A stretch of 64,000 nt of DNA from Anaeromyxobacteraceae bacterium (GCA_047602405.1 JASGHJ010000001.1:192001-256000), one strand, 5' to 3'; counted from the first letter of the stretch, positions 10,312 to 20,464 are shown. The notes: generated by a model not told the origin, from the sequence alone. Program-made: numbers and translations.

Positions 10312-11052
10312 ATGGATCAGCCCCAGCGCGGCAGGGTGAAGGTCGAGCCGTCCACGAAGCGCGTGCGCGCGTACCTCGGCGGCGAGCCGGTGTTCGACAC
10401 GCTGCGGCCGGTGCTGGTCTGGGAGTCGCCGAAGTTCCCGACGTACTACGTGCCCGCGCCCGACGTGCGGGCGCAGCTCGTGCCGAGCGGGCGCACCGAG
10501 CGCTCGCCGAGCCGCGGCGAGGCCGAGCTCCTGGACGTGAGCTCGGGCCGGGCCACCGCGCCGGGCGCGGCGCGCCGCTACCCGGACTCGCCGCTCGAGG
10601 CGCTCCGCGGCCTCGTGCGGTTCGACTGGGAGGCGATGAGCGAGTGGCTCGAGGAGGACGAGCCCGTCTACACGCACGCGCGCGACCCGCACCACCGCAT
10701 CGACACGCTCCGCTCCTCGAGGCGGATCACGATCTCGGTCGGCGGCACGCAGGTCGCCGACTCGACGCGCGCGGTGGTCCTCCACGAGACGGACCTCGTG
10801 CCGCGCTGGTACCTGCCGATGACCGACGCGCGGATGGACCTCCTCGTGCCCTCGGAGACCGAGACGCACTGTCCGTACAAGGGCCGCGCCACGTACTTCT
10901 CGGTGCGCGCGGGCGACGCGCTGCACGCCGACCTCGTCTGGACCTACCGCGCGCCGTTCCAGGACGCGTGGAAGGTCGGCGGCCTGATCGCGTTCTACGA
11001 CGAGAAGGTCGACCTCGCGATCGACGGCGTGCCGCAGGCGCGGCCGCGGTGA
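10312..11052 (+). CDS. DUF427 tandem-domain protein
   Basis: HARDPHHRID and THCPYKGRATYFS motifs. Confidence 0.85.
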   Translation: MDQPQRGRVKVEPSTKRVRAYLGGEPVFDTLRPVLVWESPKFPTYYVPAPDVRAQLVPSGRTERSPSRGEAELLDVSSGRATAPGAARRYPDSPLEALRGLVRFDWEAMSEWLEEDEPVYTHARDPHHRIDTLRSSRRITISVGGTQVADSTRAVVLHETDLVPRWYLPMTDARMDLLVPSETETHCPYKGRATYFSVRAGDALHADLVWTYRAPFQDAWKVGGLIAFYDEKVDLAIDGVPQARPR

Positions 11053-11460
11053 CTACCCGCAGCCGCAGCCTTCTCCGTGCACGTGGAGTGGCCCCGCGGG
11101 CTTCCCCTCGGAGCCGCCCGCACAGGTGCCCGCGTCGATCTGCGGCAGCATCCCGGCCTTGAGCGCGCTCACCACCTGCGCGACCGTCGAGCGGACCGCC
11201 CGGTAGACCGGGATGCCCTTCGCCTGGAAGCGGCCGATGGCGCCCTCGCCGATGTTGCCGACCACCGCGACGTCCACCCGGTCCTCGCCGAGGGCGTCGA
11301 GCGCGTGGGTCCGGCCTGGCGTGCCGGCGCTGGGGTTCGGGTGGGCCGCCATCGCGCCCGTGTCGGTGTCGATCACCAGGAACACCGGCGCCGACCCGAA
11401 GTGCGGGAAGACGACGCTCGACAGTCCATGGTCCTTCGCGACGGGGATGCAGGCCTTCAC
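11053..11460 (-). CDS. NifB/NifX family (Fe-Mo cofactor-binding-like) protein
   Basis: PHFGSAPVF, VVGNIGEGA, GIPVY; His/Cys-rich tail HVHGEGCGCG. Confidence 0.8.
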   Translation of the reverse strand: MKACIPVAKDHGLSSVVFPHFGSAPVFLVIDTDTGAMAAHPNPSAGTPGRTHALDALGEDRVDVAVVGNIGEGAIGRFQAKGIPVYRAVRSTVAQVVSALKAGMLPQIDAGTCAGGSEGKPAGPLHVHGEGCGCG

Positions 11461-11672
11461 GGGTCACCTCCGGCGCCGGGCCGCCCGGAACCTCCGGGAG
11501 ATAAGGCCTCCCGGCGTGGATCCGGTCAAGCGCCCCGCGGCGCAAGACTTGCGCCTTTCCCGGGGATCTCCTGGGTTTGGCTGCCAGCGCGGCACCTTGT
11601 CGCACCCTCGAACCCGCCCTGGGGGCGGGGGCTCCCACCGGCCGAAGTCCCCTCCGCTCTCAGGAGTACACG

Positions 11673-13094
11673 TTGACCGCCCCCTCCCGCCGCTGGCTCG
11701 CCGTGGGCCTCGCGCTGACCGTCGTCGCCGGCATCGCCGCCGCCGTCGCCGCCTCGCGCCGCGAGACCCCGCACCCGCTCGCGCCCGCCTTCCAGAGGAA
11801 GACGCGCGCCCACTTCGACCACGCACCCGTGATGCCCGCGAGCTTCGACTCGCCCCAGGCCGTCACCCGGAGATGCCTCGAGTGCCACGAGGACGCGAAG
11901 GCCGTCATGAAGACCTCGCACTGGCAGTGGCTGGGCGAGGAGACCGCGATCCCGGGCCGCGAGGGCAAGCACCGCGTCGGCAAGGCGAACCTCATCAACA
12001 ACTTCTGCATCGCCTCGAGCGGCAACGAGAAGTCCTGCACGAAGTGCCACGTCGGCTACGGCTGGAAGGACGCCTCGTTCGACTTCTCGAAGGCCGAGAA
12101 CGTCGACTGCCTCGTCTGCCACGAGCGCACCGGCGGCTACGTGAAGGGACCCTGGGGCTTCCCCACGAAGGAGTCCGACCTCGCGGCCGCCGCGCGGTCG
12201 GTCGGCTTCCCGACCCGCGAGAACTGCATCACCTGCCACGCCTACGGCGGCGGCGGCCAGGCGGTGAAGCACGGCGACCTCGACTCGTCGCTCCTCCACC
12301 CGATCGCCGACGACGACGTGCACATCGGGAAGCTCGGCTTCCTGTGCGTCGACTGCCACGGCGGCAAGGACCACCAGCTGAAGGGCCGCGCCTTCTCGGT
12401 CTCGGTCGAGGACGCCCACGGCGTCGCCTGCCAGGACTGCCACGCGACGCCGAAGCACCCGGACCCGCGCATCGACGGGCACCTCGCGTCGGTCGCCTGC
12501 CAGACCTGCCACATCCCGAGCTACGCCCGGAAGATCCCGACGAAGGCCACCTGGGACTGGTCGAAGGCCGGCGACGCCTCCCGCCAGGACGACCCGCACA
12601 GCTACCTCAAGATCAAGGGCGAGTTCACCTACGAGCAGGACGTCGTGCCGGAGTACCGCTGGTTCAACCTGACCGTGGGCCGCTACCTCTCCGGCGACAA
12701 GGTCGACCCGGCCGGCGTCACCGAGCTCAACCCGCCCCAGGGCAGCATCCAGGACCGCACCGCGAAGATCTGGCCGTTCAAGGTCCACCGCGCGAAGCAG
12801 CCCTTCGACGCCGTGAACCTGTACCTCCTGAAGCCGGTCACCGGTGGTGAAGGCGGCTACTGGACCACCTTCGACTGGGACAGGAGCTTCAGGCTCGGCG
12901 AGAGGACCTCCGGCCTCGCGTACTCCGGCAAGTACGGCTTCGCGAGGACCGAGATGGTCTGGCCGATCACCCACATGGTCACGCCGAAGGAGAAGGCCCT
13001 CGGCTGCACCGACTGCCACGGGGAGAAGGGCCGCATGGACTGGAAGGCGCTCGGCTACGCGGGCGACCCGATGACGGTGGGAGGCCGGCCGTGA
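11673..13094 (+). CDS. Octaheme c-type cytochrome, tetrathionate reductase (OTR) family
   Basis: 8 CxxCH motifs (CLECH, CTKCH, CLVCH, CITCH, CVDCH, CQDCH, CQTCH, CTDCH); GKANLINNFCI, GGGGQAVKHGD, WDWSKAG; AGGAG RBS before TTG. Confidence 0.88.
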   Translation: MTAPSRRWLAVGLALTVVAGIAAAVAASRRETPHPLAPAFQRKTRAHFDHAPVMPASFDSPQAVTRRCLECHEDAKAVMKTSHWQWLGEETAIPGREGKHRVGKANLINNFCIASSGNEKSCTKCHVGYGWKDASFDFSKAENVDCLVCHERTGGYVKGPWGFPTKESDLAAAARSVGFPTRENCITCHAYGGGGQAVKHGDLDSSLLHPIADDDVHIGKLGFLCVDCHGGKDHQLKGRAFSVSVEDAHGVACQDCHATPKHPDPRIDGHLASVACQTCHIPSYARKIPTKATWDWSKAGDASRQDDPHSYLKIKGEFTYEQDVVPEYRWFNLTVGRYLSGDKVDPAGVTELNPPQGSIQDRTAKIWPFKVHRAKQPFDAVNLYLLKPVTGGEGGYWTTFDWDRSFRLGERTSGLAYSGKYGFARTEMVWPITHMVTPKEKALGCTDCHGEKGRMDWKALGYAGDPMTVGGRP

Positions 13095-15397
13095 AGCGCG
13101 CGTTCTCGATCCTGACCCTCGCCCTCACCCTCGCCCTCACCCTCGCGGCGCCGCTCGCCGTCCGGGCGCAGCAGGCGGTGAACCCCATCCACCCGCAGTT
13201 CGCGCCGCTCGGCGCGGACGGCAAGCCCGTGGCGAAGCCGGAGGCGGTCTCGATCGACGCCACCTGCGGCGCGTGCCACGACGCGAGGTACGTGCAGGCG
13301 CACGGCGTGCACGGCGAGGGCAAGGCCCGCGCCTCCTGCGTGCAGTGCCACGTCGACGGCGGCAAGCTCGACCTCGCCGCCCTCGGCGCTGACGGGCGGC
13401 TCGCCCGCGAGGCCCTCCGCATCGGCAAGCCGAAGGCCGCGAACTGCGCCGCCTGCCACGGCGTGATCGCGCCCGCCGGCGAGGCGGTTGCGCTGCCCGC
13501 GGACCTCGAAGCCGCCCCGGCGCCGGGCCGCACGTGGTCGTTGACCCTTGGCGAGGGCGCCATCGTCTCGCCGGGCCGGATGGAGGAGTCCTTCCTCAAC
13601 CTCGCAGGGAAGGACGCGCTCGCTTCCCCGTGGGACGTCCACGCGGCGAAGCTCGTCGACTGCGTCGCCTGCCACCACGCCGCGAACGATCCGGTCCGCG
13701 TCGACGCGAAGAAGGCGAAGCTCGCGTACCTCACCACCGACCCTCGCCGCACCACCACCGCGGAGTACCTGCTCCGGCCCGATCACCGGCTCGCCGAGCT
13801 CGACTGCCGCGCATGCCACGACGCGACGAAGGCCCACGCGTTCCTGCCCTACCGCGAGCGCCACGTGCAGGTGCTCGCTTGCCAGGCCTGCCACCTGCAG
13901 GCGCCGGCCGGCCCCGCCGCCGAGATGATCGACGCCACCGTCGCGGACGCGGCCGGGAAGCCCGCCGTCCGGTTCCGCAACGTCGAGCGCCGGCCCGGCG
14001 AGCCGCTCAACGCCGCGGCGATCACCCCGCTCCGCCCGCTCCTCGTCATGCGCACCGCGCCCGACGGGGCACGCCGGCTCACGCCGGTGAACCTCGTGTC
14101 CCGCTGGCGCTGGACCTCGAACGGCGAGGACGTCCCCTTCGAGAAGGTCGCCGCCGCGTTCCGCGAGCCGGCCGTGACGGCGGCGCTGGACGCCGACCGG
14201 GACGGCAAGCTCTCGGAGGCCGAGCTGCGGCTCGACGGCGACGCGAAGGTCGCCGCGGTCGCGGCGCGCCTGCGCGCGCTCGGGGTCGCCGATCCCCGCA
14301 TCGAGGGCGCTCTCGAGCCGCACGTGCTCGCCCACGGCGTCCCGTCCCGCGAGCGCGCGCTGCGTGACTGCGAGGCGTGCCACGCCGCCGAGTCGCGCGT
14401 CGCCACGACGTTCGCGCTCGCCGCCTACGTCCCCGGCGGCGTGCCCCCGAGGCCGCCCGAGGGCCGGCCCGGCGGCGAGAAGGTCGAGCTGTCGGGCACG
14501 GTGGAGCCCGGCCCGGCCGGCGGCCTCGTGTTCCGCCAGGGCGAGGGCTCGACGCCCTCCGGCCTCCACGTCCTCGGGCACTCCCGCGAGTCTTGGTCCA
14601 ACCTGCTCGGCTTCCTCGTGTTCGCGGCGGTCGCGCTCGGCGTGGCCGGCCACGGCCTCGCCCGGATCGTGATCCGCAAGGTCCGGGGCGCGCCCGCCCA
14701 CCCGCGCGCCGCACCGGCGGCGGCCCCTCCGACGCCGGGGCGCGAGTACGTGTTCGGCCGCTACGAGCGGCTGTGGCACTGGACGATGGCGTTCTCCGGC
14801 ATGGCCCTCATCCTCACCGGCCTCGTGATCCACTTCGCCGGGTCGGGGCCGCTCAGCCTCGCCGCCGCGGTGAACGTGCACAACGCGGGCGCCGTGGTGC
14901 TGATGGTGAACGCGTTCCTCGCGCTCTTCTACCACCTCGCCACCGCGGCCATCCGCAACTTCATCCCCGCGCCGCACGGCCTCGTGAGGCGGATGCTCGA
15001 GCACATGGAGTACCAGGCCCGCGGCATCTTCTTCGGCGGGCCGCACCCCGAGAACGCGCCGGGCGTGAAGCTCAACCCGCTGCAGCAGCTCACGTACCTC
15101 GCGCTCCTGAACGCGCTCTTCCCGGTGCAGATCGGGTCCGGCCTCCTCCTCTGGGCGGTCGGCCACTGGCCGTCGCTGGGCGAGGCGCTGGGCGGACTCT
15201 CCGTTCTCGCCCCGCTGCACAACCTCGGGTCCTGGCTGTTCCTCGCGTTCTTCGTGCTGCACGTCTACCTCGTCACGACCGGCCGCACGGTCGGCGAGCA
15301 CCTCCGCTCGATGGTCACGGGCTACCGCGACGCCGAGCCGGAGCCCGAGGGGCACGCCGCGGCTTCCCCCTCTCCTCTCGTCGACGCTGGAGCCTGA
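13091..15397 (+). CDS. Multiheme (7 CxxCH) cytochrome c fused to a C-terminal cytochrome b membrane domain
   Basis: Signal peptide; 7 CxxCH motifs; ERLWHW...VH, KLNPLQQLTY and HN...LHVY cytochrome b His ligands. Confidence 0.85.
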   Translation: MKRAFSILTLALTLALTLAAPLAVRAQQAVNPIHPQFAPLGADGKPVAKPEAVSIDATCGACHDARYVQAHGVHGEGKARASCVQCHVDGGKLDLAALGADGRLAREALRIGKPKAANCAACHGVIAPAGEAVALPADLEAAPAPGRTWSLTLGEGAIVSPGRMEESFLNLAGKDALASPWDVHAAKLVDCVACHHAANDPVRVDAKKAKLAYLTTDPRRTTTAEYLLRPDHRLAELDCRACHDATKAHAFLPYRERHVQVLACQACHLQAPAGPAAEMIDATVADAAGKPAVRFRNVERRPGEPLNAAAITPLRPLLVMRTAPDGARRLTPVNLVSRWRWTSNGEDVPFEKVAAAFREPAVTAALDADRDGKLSEAELRLDGDAKVAAVAARLRALGVADPRIEGALEPHVLAHGVPSRERALRDCEACHAAESRVATTFALAAYVPGGVPPRPPEGRPGGEKVELSGTVEPGPAGGLVFRQGEGSTPSGLHVLGHSRESWSNLLGFLVFAAVALGVAGHGLARIVIRKVRGAPAHPRAAPAAAPPTPGREYVFGRYERLWHWTMAFSGMALILTGLVIHFAGSGPLSLAAAVNVHNAGAVVLMVNAFLALFYHLATAAIRNFIPAPHGLVRRMLEHMEYQARGIFFGGPHPENAPGVKLNPLQQLTYLALLNALFPVQIGSGLLLWAVGHWPSLGEALGGLSVLAPLHNLGSWLFLAFFVLHVYLVTTGRTVGEHLRSMVTGYRDAEPEPEGHAAASPSPLVDAGA

Positions 15398-15399
15398 CC

Positions 15400-15957
15400 A
15401 TGGCCGACACCGACCCCACGACCGAAGCCCCGGCCCCCGCCCCGCGCGAGCCCAGGAAGTACATCGACCCCTACCTCGGCGGCGCGCTCCTCGGCGTCGT
15501 CCTCTTCCTCGCCTTCTACGTGACCGGCGGTGGCCTGGGCGCCTCCGCCGGCATCAACCACGTGCAGGTGGGCCTCCTCGACCTCGTGGCGCCCGGCCAC
15601 GTCGACCGCGTCGCCTACCTCGCCGAGATGGGCGGCGGCAGCCGCAGCTCCTGGGCGTACACCGGCGTCTACATGCTGGTGGGCACGCTCGTCGGCGGGC
15701 TCGTCTCCGGCCTCGTCGGCCGGCGCGTGAAGCTCGAGACCCGCGGCGGCCCGAACGTCTCCACCCGCACCCGCTGGCTCCTGGCGTTCGCGGGCGGAGT
15801 GGTCATGGCCTACGGCGCCCGCCTCGCGCGCGGCTGCACCTCGGGTCAGGCGCTCTCCGGCGGCGCGGTGCTCTCCGTCGGCAGCTGGGCCTTCATGTTC
15901 TCCATCTTCGCCGGGGGCTACGCGGTCGCGTTGCTCTTCCGCCGGCTCTGGAACTAG
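15400..15957 (+). CDS. YeeE/YedE sulfur-compound transporter subunit
   Basis: PYLGG, GARLARGCTSGQALSG motif; multi-TM. Confidence 0.85.
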   Translation: MADTDPTTEAPAPAPREPRKYIDPYLGGALLGVVLFLAFYVTGGGLGASAGINHVQVGLLDLVAPGHVDRVAYLAEMGGGSRSSWAYTGVYMLVGTLVGGLVSGLVGRRVKLETRGGPNVSTRTRWLLAFAGGVVMAYGARLARGCTSGQALSGGAVLSVGSWAFMFSIFAGGYAVALLFRRLWN

Positions 15958-15966
15958 GAGGCGGCC

Positions 15967-17275
15967 ATGGCTCCCTTCGATCTCGGCGGCATCGCGGGCA
16001 CCTTCTCCTACGCCCTCGTCTTGGGTGCGATCGGCTTCGGCTTCGGCGCCGTGCTGGAGATGACCGGCTTCGGCGACACCCGCAAGCTCGCGGCGCAGTT
16101 CTACCTGACCGACCTCACCGTCCTGAAGACGATGTTCACCGCCATCGTCGTCGCGGCGGTGCTCGTGTTCGGCGCGACCTCGCTCGGCCTCCTCGACTTC
16201 TCCCGGGTGTGGGTGAACCCCACGTACCTGTGGCCCGGCATCGTGGGCGGGCTCATCATGGGCGTCGGCTTCGTCGTGGGTGGCTTCTGCCCGGGCACCT
16301 CGCTCGTCGCGGCCGCCACGCTCAAGGTGGACGGCATCCTGTTCGTCCTCGGCGCGCTGGTGGGCGTCGGGCTCTTCGGCGAGACGGTCGGCGCGTTCGA
16401 GCCGTTCTTCCTCTCCGGCGCCATGGGCCGCTTCACGCTGCCGGAGTGGCTCGGGCTCTCCACCGGCGCGGTCCTGCTGCTCGTGGTCGCGATGGCGCTC
16501 GTCATGTTCTGGGGCGCGGAGGTCCTCGAGCGGCGGGTGGGCGGCGCGCCGGCCCCCTCCGCGCGGCGCCGCACGCTCCGCCGCGCGGGCGTCTTCGCGC
16601 TCGCGGTGGTCGCGCTCCTCGTGGCCGTGCGCGGCCAGCCGACGGCCGACGATCGCTACGCCCGGATGCCCGCGCTCCAGAAGCTCGTCGCCGACGGCGC
16701 GATCCTCGTGCACCCCGCCGAGGTGGTCGCGCTCAAGAGGGACACCAGCGTGAAGGTGAACGTGCTCGACCTCCGGGACGAGGCCGCGTTCAACCTCTTC
16801 CACGTGGGCGGCGCGCGCCGGATCTCCGCCCGCCGCGCTCCAGGACCGCGCGGTGCTGCGCCCGCTCGTGGAGGCCGGCCCCACCGACGTGACGTTCCTC
16901 GTGGCGGCGACCGCGCCCGAGGCGCTCGCCGCGTGGCGCGCGCTCCGCACCCAGGGCGTCCTCAACCTCTTCGTCGTCGACGGCGGCGCCGACCGCTGGC
17001 TCGAGCTCTACCCGCCGCCGGCGTGCGTCGCCGAGCGGTCGCAGGGCGAGGCCGGGTGGCGGTTCCAGTACGCCACCGGCGAGAGCCTGCCGTCGGCCTG
17101 GCCGGAGCTCGCGAGCTCGCGGCTGTTCCGGTTCCCGTGCGAGACCACCGCCGACGCCTCGCACGCCGAAGGCGCCCCCGTGGGCGGCCACCACGGGTAC
17201 ACCTGGCCGAGCCACGCCTTCACGAAGCGCGTGAAGCTGCAGACGAAGTCGGTCGTGAAGGGGGGCTGCGGGTAG
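15967..17275 (+). CDS. YeeE/YedE transporter fused to a rhodanese-like domain, C-terminal GGCG (one +1 frameshift near 16831)
   Basis: GGFCPGTS; VLDLRDEAAFNLFHVGGA rhodanese start; reading continues in ORF 16853-17275, ending KSVVKGGCG. Confidence 0.78.
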
Positions 17276-17435
17276 CGGCTCCCCCACGCCGGGTGCGGGG
17301 CCCCTGCGTCCCCTCGCCCGGCAGCCCCCGCCGCGGGTTCGGAGCCGTGGCGGGGGCACCTTCCGCCCGCGGCCTCGAAAAGGCAGAGGATCCGGACCGG
17401 CCCTTGTCGTACTCTGGGTGCACCGGGAGGGTGCG

Positions 17436-17999
17436 ATGTCGCGAATGGCCTGGTTCGTCACGGCGGGGCTGGCCGCGCTCGCGCCCGCCGTCGCCATGGC
17501 CTCGGGCGGAAGCGCGCCGGGCGTCGCGGTCGGGGCCCGCAAGCACTCCGACGGCTACGGGCCGGCGCTCCGGCTCGAGCTCGCGACCGCGCCGCGCAGG
17601 CTGGATGCGCACTCGGACTACCAGCTCGTCGGGTCGTTCGGGCTCTCTCGCGTGTGGGGCGGCACCCGCTACTACCTCTCGCCGGAGGCCGTGGGTGAGG
17701 GTCGGTGGGTCGGCTCGGCCGCCGAGGCCGCGCTGGGCGTGCGGCTCGGCATGCAGGGTCCGGGGCGAATGCGCTTCGAGGCCGGGGTGGGCGTCGGCCT
17801 GTCCTGGCGGAGAGACGACCTGCAGGGGGTGGACGGGGCCTCCTTCTCGGACCAGCGGCTGTTCGGCCGCCCGTCGTTTGCGGCGCTGTGGGACGCTGGC
17901 GCGTCCGGCCACTGGGGCGTCGAGGCGGCGTTCCTCGTCATCCGCGGCGACGACGGCATCCCGGTCGAGCTCCTGGCCGCGTGGCGCGTGGCCTTCTGA
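17436..17999 (+). CDS. Hypothetical secreted protein, probable small outer-membrane beta-barrel
   Basis: Signal peptide, alternating beta-strand pattern, C-terminal Phe (LAAWRVAF). Confidence 0.5.
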   Translation: MSRMAWFVTAGLAALAPAVAMASGGSAPGVAVGARKHSDGYGPALRLELATAPRRLDAHSDYQLVGSFGLSRVWGGTRYYLSPEAVGEGRWVGSAAEAALGVRLGMQGPGRMRFEAGVGVGLSWRRDDLQGVDGASFSDQRLFGRPSFAALWDAGASGHWGVEAAFLVIRGDDGIPVELLAAWRVAF

Positions 18000-18080
18000 G
18001 CTGGCGCGGGTCTCCCGGGGTCGGCGCAGACGTCTGCGCATCCGACCCTCCCCCGTCCGTCCCTTCCCCCCCCCGCCCGT

Positions 18081-18120
18081 CCCGAGCGTAGCCCCCGCGC
18101 AGCGGGGGCGGAGACGAGGG
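18081..18120 (+). repeat. 40-bp REP-like palindromic element (family A), intergenic copy
   Basis: CCCGAGCGTAGC-CCCCGC-GCA-GCGGGG-GCGGAGACGAGGG; second copy at 40135-40174. Confidence 0.7.
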
Positions 18121-18179
18121 ACAAGGGTCCGGGGGGCTCGAGATCCTCCCTGAGCCCCAGCCGGATCCTGCGATTTCAC

Positions 18180-18201
18180 TGTCAGACCGGGGTGGCAGGA
18201 T
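18180..18201 (+). promoter_or_regulatory. RecA-NDp/PafBC-like promoter motif upstream of the HNH gene
   Basis: TGTCAG-N10-CAGGAT, 7 nt before the ATG; resembles TGTCRG-N10-TANNNT. Confidence 0.35.
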
Positions 18202-18208
18202 CTCGGGC

Positions 18209-20011
18209 ATGGACGCGTGCGCGGCCAGCGAGATCGTCGCGGAGACGTCGCCGGAGATCACTCCGGGTGACGCTGCGACGGGCATCACCCGCCGCGACCC
18301 GCTCGGCGACCGCTGGGACCTCCGCGCGCCGCGGTGGGATCTCCCGACCTTCACGCTGTTCGAGCTGCGCGAGCTCTGGCTGCGCGGCGACGGCGGCCTC
18401 GAGAAGTACGAAAGGGCTCTGGCCCAGGGCGCTCGCATGCTGCGGGCGCTGCAGGTCAGCCGCGCCGCGGTGCTCGCCAAGTTCACGGAGGGTGACCGGC
18501 TCGCCCGGCTGGGCTTCTCGAGCCTCGGCGACTTCACCGAGAACCTCCTCGGCACCCGCCGGCGCGCCGCGCAGGTGGAGGTCCAGCTCTCGAAGGCGCT
18601 GCGGGAGCGGCCGCTCCTCAGGGCCGCGGTGCACGCGGGCACGGTGAGCCCGTCGGCGGCGCTCGCGGTCCTGCCGGTCACGCCCGGAGACGACGAGGCG
18701 CGCTGGGTCGAGCGCGCGGCGGAGCTGCCGGTCCGCAGGCTCAAGCAGGAGGTGAAGCGGGCGCTGAAGGAGCGGAAGGCGCTGCCCGGGCCCGACGCCG
18801 CGGAGGAGAAGAGGGAAGAGGACGAGGCACCCTGGGTGCACCTCGACGTGCCGATCTCGGACCGGGCCAGCGAGCGGCTCCACAAGGCCCTCGCCCTCGC
18901 CGGCGAGCTCGTCGAGAGCCCGCACCGGTTCGTCCAGCTCGAGGCGCTCGGGCAGGAGTTCCTCTCCGAGCACCCGGGCGACGAGTGGGACGTGAAGGGC
19001 GCTGAGCTCGCCCTCGATCGAACGTTGCACCCCCTCGACGTCCCGACGAAGCGGAACGCCGCGGAGGCGAAGCTCGAGTCCGAGACCTCCTCCTGGGAGT
19101 TCCTCGACCCGGTCGTCCCGGTCCCGGCCGTCGAGCTCGACCCGCTCGACGCCGCGACGGACGACGACCTCTACGGGACCGCGCTCGGCCTCTCCCTGGA
19201 GATCAAGAGCTGGGAGGACCTCATCGGTTTCTGCTCGGCGGTCGTGAAGGGCGCCCGGCTCCACAAGGAGGCGGGGTTCGTCGACTTCCGTCACTACGCG
19301 ACCGAGCGGCTCGGCGTCCCGGCCCGCACCATCGAGACCCGCGCCGCGCTCGAGAAGCACCTCTGGGAGAAGCCCGAGCTCAAGGTCGCCAAGGAGATGG
19401 GCCTCAGCTACTCGAAGCTGCTCCTCCTGAAGGAGGTCCCGCAGGACCAGATCCTGGAATTCGCGAAGCGGGCCGAGACCCTGACGGTGGTCGAGCTCAA
19501 GGAGGCCGTCCAGGCGCGGACCGACGCGCATATGTCTGCGTCGAAGCGGTTCCGGGTGTGGGTCCCCCGCCGGGTCGCCCTGCTGCTCCACCAGGCGTTC
19601 CTGGCCTCGTTGGCGCTTCCGGTTCCGCCGGAGGAGGCGGAGACCCCCCAGTCCAGCACCCTGGACGGCGCCTTCCTCGGGAAGCTCGCGGACCACTTCA
19701 TCGCGGTCTGGGGCGGCGACGTGATGGAGCCGAAGACCGTCTCCCAGAAGCAGCGCGCGAAGTACCCGCGCTGCTGCTTCCCGGGCTGCAGCCGCCGCAG
19801 CGACCACGGCCACCACATCGAGTTCCGCAGCCACGGCGGCTCGGAGGACGCCTGGAACCGCATGCCGCTCTGCGCCTTCCACCACCACGTCGTCGTCCAC
19901 GGCGGCCACGCCACCATCACCGGCATCTTCCCCGACGCCGTCGAGTTCCGCGTGAACGGCGTCGTCTGGAAGGACGCGAATTTCGGGCGAACGCGGGCGG
20001 AGCGGGTCTGA
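18209..20011 (+). CDS. HNH endonuclease domain protein (DUF222-like N-terminus)
   Basis: C-terminal CCFPGC...HHIEFRSHGG...N..PLCAFHH...H. Confidence 0.8.
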   Translation: MDACAASEIVAETSPEITPGDAATGITRRDPLGDRWDLRAPRWDLPTFTLFELRELWLRGDGGLEKYERALAQGARMLRALQVSRAAVLAKFTEGDRLARLGFSSLGDFTENLLGTRRRAAQVEVQLSKALRERPLLRAAVHAGTVSPSAALAVLPVTPGDDEARWVERAAELPVRRLKQEVKRALKERKALPGPDAAEEKREEDEAPWVHLDVPISDRASERLHKALALAGELVESPHRFVQLEALGQEFLSEHPGDEWDVKGAELALDRTLHPLDVPTKRNAAEAKLESETSSWEFLDPVVPVPAVELDPLDAATDDDLYGTALGLSLEIKSWEDLIGFCSAVVKGARLHKEAGFVDFRHYATERLGVPARTIETRAALEKHLWEKPELKVAKEMGLSYSKLLLLKEVPQDQILEFAKRAETLTVVELKEAVQARTDAHMSASKRFRVWVPRRVALLLHQAFLASLALPVPPEEAETPQSSTLDGAFLGKLADHFIAVWGGDVMEPKTVSQKQRAKYPRCCFPGCSRRSDHGHHIEFRSHGGSEDAWNRMPLCAFHHHVVVHGGHATITGIFPDAVEFRVNGVVWKDANFGRTRAERV

Positions 20012-20012
20012 C

Positions 20013-20360
20013 CTAGATCGTCACGACCTTCGCCGCGCCCATCGTCCGCTGCACGATCTCGCGCATGTTGCTCACCGTGCCCACCGCCAGCTTCTGCGTG
20101 AGGGCGAAGTGCTCGAGGCAGGTCACGCAGGCGAGGAGGTCCACCCCGGCCGCGTGCAGCGCCTGGAGCGCCTCGACGTGCGGCGAGCCCTCGGCGAGGA
20201 GCTTCACCGCCGCGTTGTAGAAGACGATGGCATCGGGCTTCTCGTCGACCGTGCCGAGCGTCCGGAAGAAGCTTCCCAGGATCTTCGCGCCGAGCGCGTC
20301 GTCGCCCCGGCCCATCGTCTCCGCGTGCACCGCGATCACCGTGCCGCTCTTGCCCGCCAT
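20013..20360 (-). CDS. DsrE-family / YedF-like sulfur (selenium) relay protein
   Basis: MGRGDDALGAKIL, FYNAAVKL, ACVTCLEHF, VGTVSNM. Confidence 0.8.
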   Translation of the reverse strand: MAGKSGTVIAVHAETMGRGDDALGAKILGSFFRTLGTVDEKPDAIVFYNAAVKLLAEGSPHVEALQALHAAGVDLLACVTCLEHFALTQKLAVGTVSNMREIVQRTMGAAKVVTI

Positions 20361-20396
20361 GCGCTCGACCTCCGGTCCCCGTGCGCCTCGTGTCTC

Positions 20397-20433
20397 GAGC
20401 CACCCAGCATGAGCCACCCAGTATGAGCCACCC
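20397..20433. repeat. 14-bp tandem repeat (~2.6 copies) in a divergent promoter region
   Basis: GAGCCACCCAGCAT / GAGCCACCCAGTAT / GAGCCACCC. Confidence 0.75.
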
Positions 20434-20464
20434 CGGGCCGGCCGGGGTGCGCTACGGTGAGGCG

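Noticed and set aside
11053..11460. Nitrogen fixation inferred from the NifX-like gene
   Set aside because: Family is widespread outside nif clusters; no nif genes in the window
18209..20011. HNH gene as an IS, IscB or Cas9-like element
   Set aside because: No terminal repeats, RuvC motifs or PLMP motif seen
20397..20433. CRISPR array
   Set aside because: Short tandem repeat without spacers; no arrays, cas, tRNA or rRNA genes seen in the window
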